A stretch of DNA of 59,911 nucleotides, from positions 1 to 59,911 of IMG/VR virus record IMGVR_UViG_3300024344_000009, one strand, 5' to 3'. Below are positions 30,520-40,435 of this stretch, one piece after another. Under the pieces are notes generated by a model. It was not told the DNA's origin. It searched no databases and saw only the letters and a program-made list of their open reading frames with translations. The position numbers were made by a program, and so were the translations under genes. Origin of the DNA: a virus. Taxonomy: Duplodnaviria > Caudoviricetes. Positions within the stretch are counted from its first letter, which is position 1. Each line of letters begins with the position of its first letter.

Positions 30520-31428
30520 TTATGAATAAACACCCAGTTTTTTATAATCATTTTCCCATATAGTTATTAAATTATAACCCATTTTTTTTATTTTTTCTTC
30601 CCGTTGCATGGTTTTTATATACAAACTACCGGCACATTCAGTCAAATAAGAACTACATATCTCATCTTCATCAAACAAATCTAAGTTCCCGTGCCAAATA
30701 TCACCATAAAACTCATAAATTGTATTTGTTTCTTTGCAATAACCATCGGCTCTATAATTTGTACCAAGAATTTTATACTCGCCAATATTCTCTGCATGTT
30801 CTATAAATATATTTTCCCGTTTCATTATAGATTCTAACCATAATATAGATACTTTGGAGTAATTAGTATAACATGATGGACATCCTGTCTTGTTTGTAAT
30901 ATGATCGGCAGGACGTTGAAAAAAATCACCGTGAACAGGACAAAAAATTCTAATCTTTGTGTGTGCATTAACGTACTCATCTGGATATTTATATACAGTT
31001 CCATGTATAGATACTGCATTTTCGATAAAATTTTTAGTAGTTAACTTTATATTATTATTTACGCATAACTTACAATTTGCACCACTTAAATGATTATTTG
31101 GTGTTTGCCAAAACTCGCCATGTGTTTTACAAATAATTCGGATTTTAGTAGAATTATTAATATACTCATCAGGATATTCATACCTACTACCATGAACTTT
31201 AAATGCTCTTTTTATAAACGTAGACGTATTATGTTTAAATACATTTCCACATTTCTGACATCCACTTCTGTTTAAATGCACATTAGGTGATTGCCAGAAT
31301 TCTCCGTGTTTTTTACAAATAATTCGGATTTTAGTAGAATTATTAATATACTCGTCAGGATATTCATACCTACTACCATGAACTTTAAATGCTCTTTTTA
31401 TAAACTCTTCTGTAGTCAACTTTTTCAT
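30520..31428 (-). CDS. family A endonuclease, 3 Zn repeats
   Basis: Same architecture; ADGY..YEFYGDIWHG. Confidence 0.8.
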   Translation of the reverse strand: MKKLTTEEFIKRAFKVHGSRYEYPDEYINNSTKIRIICKKHGEFWQSPNVHLNRSGCQKCGNVFKHNTSTFIKRAFKVHGSRYEYPDEYINNSTKIRIICKTHGEFWQTPNNHLSGANCKLCVNNNIKLTTKNFIENAVSIHGTVYKYPDEYVNAHTKIRIFCPVHGDFFQRPADHITNKTGCPSCYTNYSKVSILWLESIMKRENIFIEHAENIGEYKILGTNYRADGYCKETNTIYEFYGDIWHGNLDLFDEDEICSSYLTECAGSLYIKTMQREEKIKKMGYNLITIWENDYKKLGVYS

Positions 31429-31436
31429 TCATGTCC

Positions 31437-31466
31437 ATTATATCATCTCTTATTACACATGGTCAA
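31437..31466 (-). promoter_or_regulatory. sigma70-type promoter for nuclease gene
   Basis: TTGACC-18-TATAAT with extended TG; ATG 8 nt downstream. Confidence 0.75.
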
Positions 31467-31488
31467 TATTTATGAATAAATAATTAAC

Positions 31489-33030
31489 ATGACTGATAAG
31501 GCATTATTAAAAAAAGCAAATGAACTAATAGAATATACACCACATCAATTGCATGAACTAAAAAAATGTTCAGATGATCCCATATACTTTATCCAAACAT
31601 ATATGAAGATTCAACATCCAACTAAAGGTTCAATTCATTTCGTACCATATCCTTATCAAATAAAAGCTGTTGAAAACTTCACGATACATAAAGATAATAT
31701 CTTACTACAAGCAAGACAATCCGGTAAAACTCAAATCGTAGCAGGATACCTTTTATGGTTTGCCGCTTTTCATTTTGATAAAACCATAATGATAGTTTCT
31801 AACAAAAATACATCAGCTATGGAAATCATTCATCGTATCAAATATGGGTACGAAGAACTACCTATGTGGCTTAAACCAGGAGTTACTTCAGACGGGTGGA
31901 GTAAACATGCAGTGGCATTCGATAACGGATCACGAATCATGTCAGGTGCAACATCACCGGATTCTGGGCGTACATATTCAATATCACTTTTATTTTGCGA
32001 TGAATTTGCATTTGTTAGAGAAGGTATCCAAGAAGAATTCTGGACTGCTATAAGTCCCACACTTTCTACAGGAGGCCAGTGTATTATTGCATCTACTCCA
32101 AATGGTGATTCTAACTTATATGCAAATCTTTGGCGTGGAGCGATGTCAGGAGTAAATGGTTTTCATCCTATGAACGTTACATGGGAAGATGTTCCTACAC
32201 GTAATCAAGAATGGGCTGATAGAGAAAAGGCTAAAATTGGTGAAAGAAAATTTCGTCAAGAACATGAAACTGAATTCTTATCTGATGATCCATTATTGGT
32301 CGATACTATGTTCTTAGCACAACTTAAAATGGAAGATCCTAATTTTGTCAACAAAGAATTTAAATTTTTCGAAGATATAGAAAAACGAACTGCATACATA
32401 ATAGGCGTCGATCCTGCTACCGGTACAGGATCAGATTTTAGTACAATTGAAGTTTTTAAATTCCCTGAAATGAGGCAAGTAGCTGAGTTTAGATCAAATA
32501 GCATGTCTTCACCTATGCTGTATAAAGCAATACAAAGCATTATAAACTTTATTGATGCAAAAGGAAATGATATCTATTGGAGTTGCGAGTCAAACGGTGT
32601 TGGGGAGGGTATCATAGCATTACATGAAAACGATGAAAATCCAAATAAAAATGCTATGTTCATTTCCCAAAAAGGTGGTAAAAGATTAGGATTTACTACA
32701 ACTAACAAATCAAAAATGAAATCATGTATAGACTTCAAAGATTTGATTGAATCTAACACAATGATTATCAAATCAAAAATTCTATTAGAAGAAATGAAAA
32801 ACTTTGTTCGTAAGGGTTCTTCATATCAAGCTAAATCTGGGTCAACTGATGATTGTATATCTGGATGTCTAATTGTAACAAGAATTCTTACTGAAATATC
32901 AGAATATGAAGAAGAAGCACATGATATTCTATATAATCATAATATGGAAGATGAATGGTTTAATTCAAATGGTGAGGATTATTATAATGACAACGATCCT
33001 GATCATGCACCTAGTGGAATAGTATTTTAA
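31489..33030 (+). CDS. terL: terminase large subunit (T4 gp17-like)
   Basis: YPYQ, ARQSGKT, FCDEFAF, ASTPNG, GVDP, ESN, TDD. Confidence 0.95.
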   Translation: MTDKALLKKANELIEYTPHQLHELKKCSDDPIYFIQTYMKIQHPTKGSIHFVPYPYQIKAVENFTIHKDNILLQARQSGKTQIVAGYLLWFAAFHFDKTIMIVSNKNTSAMEIIHRIKYGYEELPMWLKPGVTSDGWSKHAVAFDNGSRIMSGATSPDSGRTYSISLLFCDEFAFVREGIQEEFWTAISPTLSTGGQCIIASTPNGDSNLYANLWRGAMSGVNGFHPMNVTWEDVPTRNQEWADREKAKIGERKFRQEHETEFLSDDPLLVDTMFLAQLKMEDPNFVNKEFKFFEDIEKRTAYIIGVDPATGTGSDFSTIEVFKFPEMRQVAEFRSNSMSSPMLYKAIQSIINFIDAKGNDIYWSCESNGVGEGIIALHENDENPNKNAMFISQKGGKRLGFTTTNKSKMKSCIDFKDLIESNTMIIKSKILLEEMKNFVRKGSSYQAKSGSTDDCISGCLIVTRILTEISEYEEEAHDILYNHNMEDEWFNSNGEDYYNDNDPDHAPSGIVF

Positions 33031-34484
33031 CATTCTGAATAATTACGTATTGTATTCCATATACATTTTTTTTGGTGCTCTAATTCAGGATGCATGAATT
33101 TTAAAAAATCAGAATTATAATTCCCTCCGCGAACCATAGACCGTATTTTTGTGCCTGATATATCATCTTTTCGTTCTATTTCTATTAACTTAGGTGCACC
33201 TTTATTAGTTAATTGTTTTGCATAACAATCGTATCTATCAGTTCCACATATTACTGCATTAATATTTGATGATGATTTATTAATCATATTGACAATATTA
33301 CCACTTCTTGTTTGCTGTAATATTAATTTATCCGTATTATCACTAATGCAAGACATTATCATATTAGATATTTCATTAAATGTAAAAGGATTTCGTTCCG
33401 AACGTACATTATTAACAATATTTATTATTACTTTATCATATTCTAATAACGCATTCTCAAAAATTTTTATATGTGATTTCGTGGGTGGTTGAAATCTACC
33501 TGGAATGAGAACACCATTATTGCCACTCAAATTTTTTATCAATATAGTTTTAGCAGTCAAATGTATATCATCTAATATTGTTTCTAATGACTTTTTATTA
33601 TGCTTTACCATTGGTAATTCGGCAATACCATTATCATGATATATTATCTTACCCAAATGTTCCAACATATTACTTAATTGTGAATATGTAGTAAATATGG
33701 AAATTACTACCTCTTCGGCATAAGAATAAACTTCATTCCAATAATCTAGTTCCAAACCTTTATTTTCATACCTATGTAGATTTTTCTTTTTATTTCGTGT
33801 ATTAGAATCATACTGATCTTCTTGTACAAGTTTCCACTTCCTATCATTAGATTCAAATACTACACCTTCTATATGACCACCTAAATTAGATTCTTTTGAT
33901 AATAACTCCTGTTTCATTAATTCATAAGTGTCAAATTTATCCATTAATTTTGAATTATTAACAAAAACATGTGGTACTTTTATTCCTAATGCTTTTGCAT
34001 ATAATTTTTTATTTAATCCCGTAGCATCAGTAGTATAAGGCATAGGTTCTGTTTTTACTTTGCCAAAATTTATTTCTATGTTTTCTATACTAACACAATC
34101 AATAAGATACATGGAATGAAAAATATTATAATTCCTTGTTATCGTAGGTTTATTCATAATAAACTCTATTTGAAATTCTGTGTTTCTTGGAAGTTCTTCT
34201 AAATATTCATTTCGTTCACATAATAAATCATGAACTATTTTAAATTGTGAAGCCCCCATACTATTTGTTATATTAGTAGCATATAAAAACTCATTAGGAT
34301 AAATTACATGCCCTTTATATGCCACAATCCAATTTTGAACATAATATTTAGAATATGGCTTACTATTGCGAATTAACGTTAATTTTACACCATCATACTT
34401 TTCACTAATGGTATAAACCTGTCCCATAATACGCTCCTTTCTTTCATCTGAAAGATTATCCATATTATCTAAACTTAAATTCAT
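33027..34484 (-). CDS. ATP-dependent ligase-like domain fused to HIGH-superfamily (cytidylyl/NMN adenylyl) transferase
   Basis: SEKYDG, EF, EGVV, KWKLV; PGRFQPPTKSH, NPF, GTDR, ISGTKIR; start moved to 34484. Confidence 0.75.
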   Translation of the reverse strand: MNLSLDNMDNLSDERKERIMGQVYTISEKYDGVKLTLIRNSKPYSKYYVQNWIVAYKGHVIYPNEFLYATNITNSMGASQFKIVHDLLCERNEYLEELPRNTEFQIEFIMNKPTITRNYNIFHSMYLIDCVSIENIEINFGKVKTEPMPYTTDATGLNKKLYAKALGIKVPHVFVNNSKLMDKFDTYELMKQELLSKESNLGGHIEGVVFESNDRKWKLVQEDQYDSNTRNKKKNLHRYENKGLELDYWNEVYSYAEEVVISIFTTYSQLSNMLEHLGKIIYHDNGIAELPMVKHNKKSLETILDDIHLTAKTILIKNLSGNNGVLIPGRFQPPTKSHIKIFENALLEYDKVIINIVNNVRSERNPFTFNEISNMIMSCISDNTDKLILQQTRSGNIVNMINKSSSNINAVICGTDRYDCYAKQLTNKGAPKLIEIERKDDISGTKIRSMVRGGNYNSDFLKFMHPELEHQKKCIWNTIRNYSEC

Positions 34485-34485
34485 A

Positions 34486-35610
34486 TTAATCCATCCTATA
34501 TTTAGAATAAAATTCTTCTTGTAAATCATGTACTTTAAATATAACTGGATCAACTATTTCAGAAAACATAGTGTTAAATGCTTTATAACCCGCCAATTTA
34601 ATTGTTTTATCTGCCTCTGGGTCATTTCTTACTAAACATTGTTCACCCCAATAAAGATTACATAATTTACTAAAAGCATCAATAATTTGTGTGTCAGAAA
34701 GATATTTGCTCATTAAATTTAACAAGCCAATAAACGACCACATAGATTCTAATTCCTTTGGCGTTTCTGGTTCCGTACCAAAAAACATTTGAAACATTAA
34801 ATTTATGTTTTTCTCATATACAGAATCTTTAGTTGCTAATTCTTTATATATGGCCTTCCCTGGATATCCCCATTTTTTACCATCCAATTCAATTAATTCA
34901 TATCCCCTGCGAAATCCTTTGGCTACTGAAAATCTATACATACACATTGGCTTATTCATTTTTTTCTTACGTGGCTTTTGTGGTGTGGCTTTAGGCGTAA
35001 CGATAACTGCGTTGTCCATCATAGATGATGCTGTAGCTAAACATCGAAGCAAATACTTATGATTGACACCTTTTATACCATTCATAGTGTCATCAACATG
35101 TGAAAAATGCGAAAATTTTGCAAATGAGGTGGGAGCTGATTCTAAAAAATCAGCAAATTCAAAATCAATTTGAATATTATAACCGTTAATACTCCATAAT
35201 GAATTTATTTGTAGTTCAAGAAATGTCTTTTCTTCCCTATTATTACCATAATATTCAACGCTTGACATGTCTGATTTATATTCATCAAACAAATCCCATA
35301 ATTGTGTTTGCGTTCCATTGGGAACCATAACATCTATATCACCCATAATAGGTGAATATGATTGTAGAAAAACATCATTTATAGATAAATCAAACAAATA
35401 CCTAGAAGAACCGCTAAACATTTCGCCCGTTTCTAAATATTTTGGCATTGCCCATAATGGTGTTTTATACCGAACCAAATATTTGTGATTGATTTCTTTA
35501 AATATTTCTATCAGTGTATTTCGTAGAACACGTCGGTCTGTATTTGTATAATCTATTACATCGGCAACGTGTGATACGCCACCTAACATAACACTAATGT
35601 TTCCGCCCAT
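34486..35610 (-). CDS. Pol-beta-like nucleotidyltransferase
   Basis: MGGN start, FSGSS...GDIDV, IQIDF, KG. Confidence 0.65.
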   Translation of the reverse strand: MGGNISVMLGGVSHVADVIDYTNTDRRVLRNTLIEIFKEINHKYLVRYKTPLWAMPKYLETGEMFSGSSRYLFDLSINDVFLQSYSPIMGDIDVMVPNGTQTQLWDLFDEYKSDMSSVEYYGNNREEKTFLELQINSLWSINGYNIQIDFEFADFLESAPTSFAKFSHFSHVDDTMNGIKGVNHKYLLRCLATASSMMDNAVIVTPKATPQKPRKKKMNKPMCMYRFSVAKGFRRGYELIELDGKKWGYPGKAIYKELATKDSVYEKNINLMFQMFFGTEPETPKELESMWSFIGLLNLMSKYLSDTQIIDAFSKLCNLYWGEQCLVRNDPEADKTIKLAGYKAFNTMFSEIVDPVIFKVHDLQEEFYSKYRMD

Positions 35611-35646
35611 AAAATTTCCCGTTAATTGATTAGTTTATTTGGCAGA

Positions 35647-35675
35647 AGTATAGCACAACACTATTTAAATGTCAA
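35647..35675 (-). promoter_or_regulatory. sigma70-type promoter
   Basis: TTGACA-17-TATACT with extended TG. Confidence 0.8.
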
Positions 35676-35677
35676 AT

Positions 35678-36097
35678 TTAATTGCCCGTCAACATTTTCA
35701 ACAATTCATTTCTATCTAATACTAAATTGTTAACAACTTTATTTGGTGAACTAGGATCATTAGATTCAATCTTATCTTTATGTTCTTTAAGGTTTGCTTT
35801 TTCTTTTGCTGCATGTAGTGCAGTATTTAAGAATTGTGCGGCAATTTCGCCATTACGTGCCTTATAACGCCCCTCTACACCCTCGGTCTCTTCCATTTGA
35901 TTTTCGTAAGCGTCCATAGCACAATCATATACTTCTTGATATTGTTCTTCTATTTCGACATCTTTACTATCATATGCAGGGGGTTGCTCTATTACCGTAG
36001 GCAATTTTTCTTCATATTCAACCAATGTAGAACCAGCTTTAATATCAAAAACTTCCTCTAATGGATGTTCTATTAATTCTTCTTTTGTTGTGCTCAT
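35678..36097 (-). CDS. putative terminase small subunit (gp16-like)
   Basis: Helical core ARNGEIAAQFL and C-terminal VNNLVLDRNELLKML; context near terL and gp4. Confidence 0.55.
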   Translation of the reverse strand: MSTTKEELIEHPLEEVFDIKAGSTLVEYEEKLPTVIEQPPAYDSKDVEIEEQYQEVYDCAMDAYENQMEETEGVEGRYKARNGEIAAQFLNTALHAAKEKANLKEHKDKIESNDPSSPNKVVNNLVLDRNELLKMLTGN

Positions 36098-36181
36098 ATA
36101 CTTATTTATTATCATATTCCAATAAATATTCATAATTAGTATTATGGACATTTTTAGATTTAGTTAAAAAATTTATGTGTT

Positions 36182-36682
36182 TCACAAAAACAATTCCCGT
36201 TCTGTTAATATTCTAAAAACTATACCACGTTCCGAACACCATTTGGTCGCAGAACTCCACTTGCTCATATTTACAGCATATGTAAGTTTTTCATATAATG
36301 CTGTGTTTGGGTTCTGGGTTTTTTTTGGTGGTTTCGTTTGTTTTATAGGTTTTACTTCTATAATTTCTATATGAACTTTATTATTAGAATCTAAAAACTT
36401 AACGAAATAATCTGGATAGTATTTATGTATTTTATTGTCTGTTGGTTTTAAATATGGAATCCATAACTCTTCACTCGCCCATTCTATGACATTTATATTA
36501 TTATCTAAAAACTCATTAAACCTTAATTCCCATGAACTACGATATATAACATTATTTGGATCGCCACGATACTTTTCTGGATGTTTAAGAATATAATACC
36601 CCTGCTTAAACTTAGATCTTTTATTCAAAGATTTAGTAATCGGTGATTTCCTGATTTTTCGTATTTTCTTACTGCGTTTCAT
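36182..36682 (-). CDS. gp4: head completion nuclease (T4 gp4-like)
   Basis: PEKYRGD, YRSSWE, WASEE, YYPD, EVKP, N..KW, FRILTE. Confidence 0.92.
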   Translation of the reverse strand: MKRSKKIRKIRKSPITKSLNKRSKFKQGYYILKHPEKYRGDPNNVIYRSSWELRFNEFLDNNINVIEWASEELWIPYLKPTDNKIHKYYPDYFVKFLDSNNKVHIEIIEVKPIKQTKPPKKTQNPNTALYEKLTYAVNMSKWSSATKWCSERGIVFRILTERELFL

Positions 36683-36691
36683 TCCTGTAGT

Positions 36692-37807
36692 TTAACGTCC
36701 AGGTGGTGTAAATACATTCTGTGGCTCAGATGTATCACCGCTACCACCAAATACAGAATTAATACCATCACTAAGAAGTGAATCAACACTGGGCAATTTA
36801 CCAATAATACTAGATACACCGTCTGTAATATCTTCGTTGTTAATTGGATACATTGGTGGTAAATTCGCAGAAATAAAATCTTCACTAAGTTTTTGCGGAT
36901 AGGACATATCAAGCTGGTCGTATGAAAATGTTATAGTTATTTGCTGTGGACCACTCTTATCAAAATCTAATTCATCCATCTTTATATCAGAAATCTTAGG
37001 ATGATAATAATTATATGCAATATATTTCCTTCCCCAATCTAAAATATGATGGGCGGTAATCTGTACTATTGGATGATCTGTATATGAATTAAACTCGCCA
37101 GTACCAGGTAAAACACCACTAGAACCAGAACCACGGTCACTAGACAATCTAACAGCATAACCACCAGGAGGTTTTTCTACTTGATTATTTTGAAGTTTAG
37201 TTACATCCCAATCCATGCCTTGTTCACGTAAAAGGTCCAGATTTTTAAATCGGTCCCCAACGGCTATCGGAGATGTTAACCTTAAATATGTGTTCCAAAA
37301 AGTATGTCCAGCATCCTTCATATCATCATATAAAGTCATAGTAATAGGTTCATACATAATATTTTTTAATGCTTTAGTTCGAAAATTATACATGTTTATA
37401 TCTTCATATTCATATTTTACATTGGGTCTATCAATTTGTTTTACAAACCAATGCATTTCACCATTAGTATGAGGATTAAATACATCTTTGAAATCTGGTC
37501 GAACTTTTACACTTACGAAAAATAAAAATGGATATTTCGGTGGCATGAATTGCCCGAAATAATCGGCATACGGAGTTGGAGGACACCGAAGCTCATCAAA
37601 CGCACTCAAGAATTGACCTGATAATATATCTCCACGACCAAGAGCATTAATGCCCCCTTCAATACGATCACCTATATTCTCGCCAACTTGTACTACATTA
37701 TTTACTGTGCGTTGCAAATCTCGAACTCGGAACGTAGGTAAACGACTACCTCTATTAGTTCCTGTAGTTACAAACTTTTGCAAACAATCACGTGGATCTA
37801 AACTCAT
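36692..37807 (-). CDS. tail-tube-fold baseplate protein (gp54/gp48-like)
   Basis: VKQIDRP, INMYN, YEPITMTLYDD, ELDF..ITITFSYD. Confidence 0.6.
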   Translation of the reverse strand: MSLDPRDCLQKFVTTGTNRGSRLPTFRVRDLQRTVNNVVQVGENIGDRIEGGINALGRGDILSGQFLSAFDELRCPPTPYADYFGQFMPPKYPFLFFVSVKVRPDFKDVFNPHTNGEMHWFVKQIDRPNVKYEYEDINMYNFRTKALKNIMYEPITMTLYDDMKDAGHTFWNTYLRLTSPIAVGDRFKNLDLLREQGMDWDVTKLQNNQVEKPPGGYAVRLSSDRGSGSSGVLPGTGEFNSYTDHPIVQITAHHILDWGRKYIAYNYYHPKISDIKMDELDFDKSGPQQITITFSYDQLDMSYPQKLSEDFISANLPPMYPINNEDITDGVSSIIGKLPSVDSLLSDGINSVFGGSGDTSEPQNVFTPPGR

Positions 37808-37813
37808 AATTAT

Positions 37814-37853
37814 TATTTATAGTTATTGCATAATGATAAATATATGATATAAT
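37814..37853. promoter_or_regulatory. late promoter (minus) back-to-back with sigma70 promoter (plus)
   Basis: TATTTATA 37814-21; TTGCAT-16-TATAAT 37826-53 with extended TG. Confidence 0.7.
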
Positions 37854-37862
37854 ATAACTTCT

Positions 37863-38789
37863 ATGCCTAAAAAATTAACAAATAAAGAATTCATTCAAAA
37901 AGCAAATAAAGTCCATAATCACAAATATTCTTATCCTGATGGATATGTCAATTCTGCAACAAAGATAAAAATTATTTGTCCAATACATGGTGCTTTTTTT
38001 CAAAAACCAAATAATCATCTATCTGGTTATAAATGTGCTAAATGTGGGAGAATAAACAGTTCATATAGTAACACCAATACACATAAAAAAACATTCTGTA
38101 AAAAAGCAAATGAAGTTCATAATAATAAATATGAATATCCTGATGAATATGTTAATGCACATACTAAACTGAAAATAATATGCCCTGTTCATGGTGCTTT
38201 TTTACAATCACCTAATGGTCATTTAGCTGGACGTGGTTGTGGTGTATGTTCTAATAATATAAAGTTAACATCAAAAAAATTTATCAAAAAAGCAAATGAA
38301 GTTCATAATAACAAATATTCTTATCCTGATGAGTATGTTAATGCACATACTAAACTGAAAATCATTTGTCCAATACATGGCGAATTCTATCAAAGACCAC
38401 ATGATCACGTACATAGTAGCCCAACCAGATGCCCCCAATGTTCTAAACGAGGTTATTCACAAAAAGCAATATCTTGGTTAAACGAAATAGCAAAAAAAGG
38501 AAATATTCATATTCAACATGCAGAGAACAAAGGTGAATATAATATTCCCACTACAAATTATAAAGCTGATGGATATTGCGAAGCCAATAATACAATATAT
38601 GAGTTTTATGGCGATATTTGGCATGGCAATTTGGAATTATATAACGAAAACGAACAATGTCATCCATTTTCTAATGAATCTGCCGGTAGTTTATATATGA
38701 AAACCATGCAACGAGAACAAATCATAAAAGATTTAGGTTATAATTTAATCACTATTTGGGAAAATGAATTTAAATGCCTAAAAAATTAA
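37863..38789 (+). CDS. family A endonuclease, 3 Zn repeats (array copy 1)
   Basis: Repeat + Vsr-like motifs. Confidence 0.8.
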   Translation: MPKKLTNKEFIQKANKVHNHKYSYPDGYVNSATKIKIICPIHGAFFQKPNNHLSGYKCAKCGRINSSYSNTNTHKKTFCKKANEVHNNKYEYPDEYVNAHTKLKIICPVHGAFLQSPNGHLAGRGCGVCSNNIKLTSKKFIKKANEVHNNKYSYPDEYVNAHTKLKIICPIHGEFYQRPHDHVHSSPTRCPQCSKRGYSQKAISWLNEIAKKGNIHIQHAENKGEYNIPTTNYKADGYCEANNTIYEFYGDIWHGNLELYNENEQCHPFSNESAGSLYMKTMQREQIIKDLGYNLITIWENEFKCLKN

Positions 38790-40435
38790 CAAATAAAGAA
38801 TTTATTGAAAAAGCAAATAAAGTTCATAATCACAAATATTCTTATCCTGATGAATATATAAATTCTGCAACAAAGATAAAAATTATTTGCCCTATTCATG
38901 GTGAATTTTTACAATCACCTAATAGTCATTTACGAAGTGAGGAATGTGCTAAATGTGGGAGAATAAACAGTTCATATAATAACATCTATAAACATAAAAA
39001 AACGTTCTATATAAAAGCAAATAAAGTTCATAATAACAAATATGAATATCCTGATGAATATGTTAATGCACATACTAAACTGAAAATAATATGCCCTGTT
39101 CATGGTGCTTTTTTACAATCACCTAATGGTCATTTACGTGGTAGTGGATGTGGTGTATGTTCTAATAATATAAAATTAACATCAAAAAAATTTATCAAAA
39201 AAGCAAATGAAGTTCATAATAACAAATATACTTATTCTGATGAATATGTTAATGCACATACTAAACTAAAAATAATATGCCCTGTTCATGGTGCTTTTTA
39301 TCAAAGACCAAACGGACACTTAGCTGGAAGTGGTTGTGTTAAATGCACAAATGTTGAAAAAATATCAACACCTGAATTCATTCAAAAAGCAAATGAAGTT
39401 CATAATAACAAATATTCTTATCCTGATGAATATGTTAATAATCATTCAAAAATAAAAATTATTTGTCCAGTACATGGCGAATTTTATCAAAAACCTAAAT
39501 ATCATTTAAAAGGTGGTGGATGTCAAATTTGTAGTGGACGTAAAAAGCCAACAACACCTGAATTCATTCTAAAAGCAAATGAAGTTCATAATAACAAATA
39601 TTCTTATCCTGATGAATATATAAATTCACAAACTAAAATAAAAATTATTTGTCCAGTGCATGGCGAATTTTATCAAAAACCTGCTAGTCATACAAATAAA
39701 AAATATGGATGTCCAAAATGTTCTAATAATAAAAAATTAACATCAGAAATATTTATCGAACACGCTAATAACATTCATAATCAGAAATATTCTTATCCTG
39801 ATGAATACATAAATTCAAAAAATAAAATAAAAATTATTTGTCCAATACATGGCGAATTTTATCAAAGACCTAATGATCATACAAATAAAGAATATGGATG
39901 CCCCCAATGTTCTAATAATAATAAAAAGTTAACAACAGAAAGATTTATCGAACACGCCAATAACATTCATAATCAGAAATATTCTTATCCTGATGAATAC
40001 ATAAATTCAAAAAATAAAATAAAAATTATTTGTCCAATACACGGTGAATTTTATCAAAGACCAAACGGACATTTAGCGGGAAATGGTTGTACTAAATGTT
40101 CATTGTGTGGATATTCAAAAGTAGCAATATCTTGGTTAAACGAAATAGCAAAAAAGGGAAATATTCATATTCAACATGCAGAGAACAAAGGTGAATATTC
40201 AATACCAGGAACAAATTATAAAGCTGATGGATATTGTGAAGCCAATAATACAATATATGAGTTTTATGGCGATATTTGGCATGGCAATTTGGAATTATAT
40301 AACGAAAACGAACAATGTCATCCATTTTCTAATGAATCTGCCGGTAGTTTATATATGAAAACCATGCAACGTGAACAAATCATAAAAAATTTAGGTTATA
40401 ATTTAATTACTATTTGGGAACATGATTTTGTCTAA
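38774..40435 (+). CDS. family A endonuclease, 7 Zn repeats (array copy 2)
   Basis: Repeat + Vsr-like motifs. Confidence 0.8.
   Translation: MPKKLTNKEFIEKANKVHNHKYSYPDEYINSATKIKIICPIHGEFLQSPNSHLRSEECAKCGRINSSYNNIYKHKKTFYIKANKVHNNKYEYPDEYVNAHTKLKIICPVHGAFLQSPNGHLRGSGCGVCSNNIKLTSKKFIKKANEVHNNKYTYSDEYVNAHTKLKIICPVHGAFYQRPNGHLAGSGCVKCTNVEKISTPEFIQKANEVHNNKYSYPDEYVNNHSKIKIICPVHGEFYQKPKYHLKGGGCQICSGRKKPTTPEFILKANEVHNNKYSYPDEYINSQTKIKIICPVHGEFYQKPASHTNKKYGCPKCSNNKKLTSEIFIEHANNIHNQKYSYPDEYINSKNKIKIICPIHGEFYQRPNDHTNKEYGCPQCSNNNKKLTTERFIEHANNIHNQKYSYPDEYINSKNKIKIICPIHGEFYQRPNGHLAGNGCTKCSLCGYSKVAISWLNEIAKKGNIHIQHAENKGEYSIPGTNYKADGYCEANNTIYEFYGDIWHGNLELYNENEQCHPFSNESAGSLYMKTMQREQIIKNLGYNLITIWEHDFV

Larger units (their letters stand above)
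30512..31480 (-). mobile_element. nuclease cassette flanked by 19-bp direct repeat
   Basis: GTCAATATTTATGAATAAA at 30512-30530 and 31462-31480. Confidence 0.65.

Noticed and set aside
31489-33030. Introns or inteins in terL, uvsW, uvsX or sheath
   Set aside because: Genes are contiguous and of expected size; nucleases are intergenic
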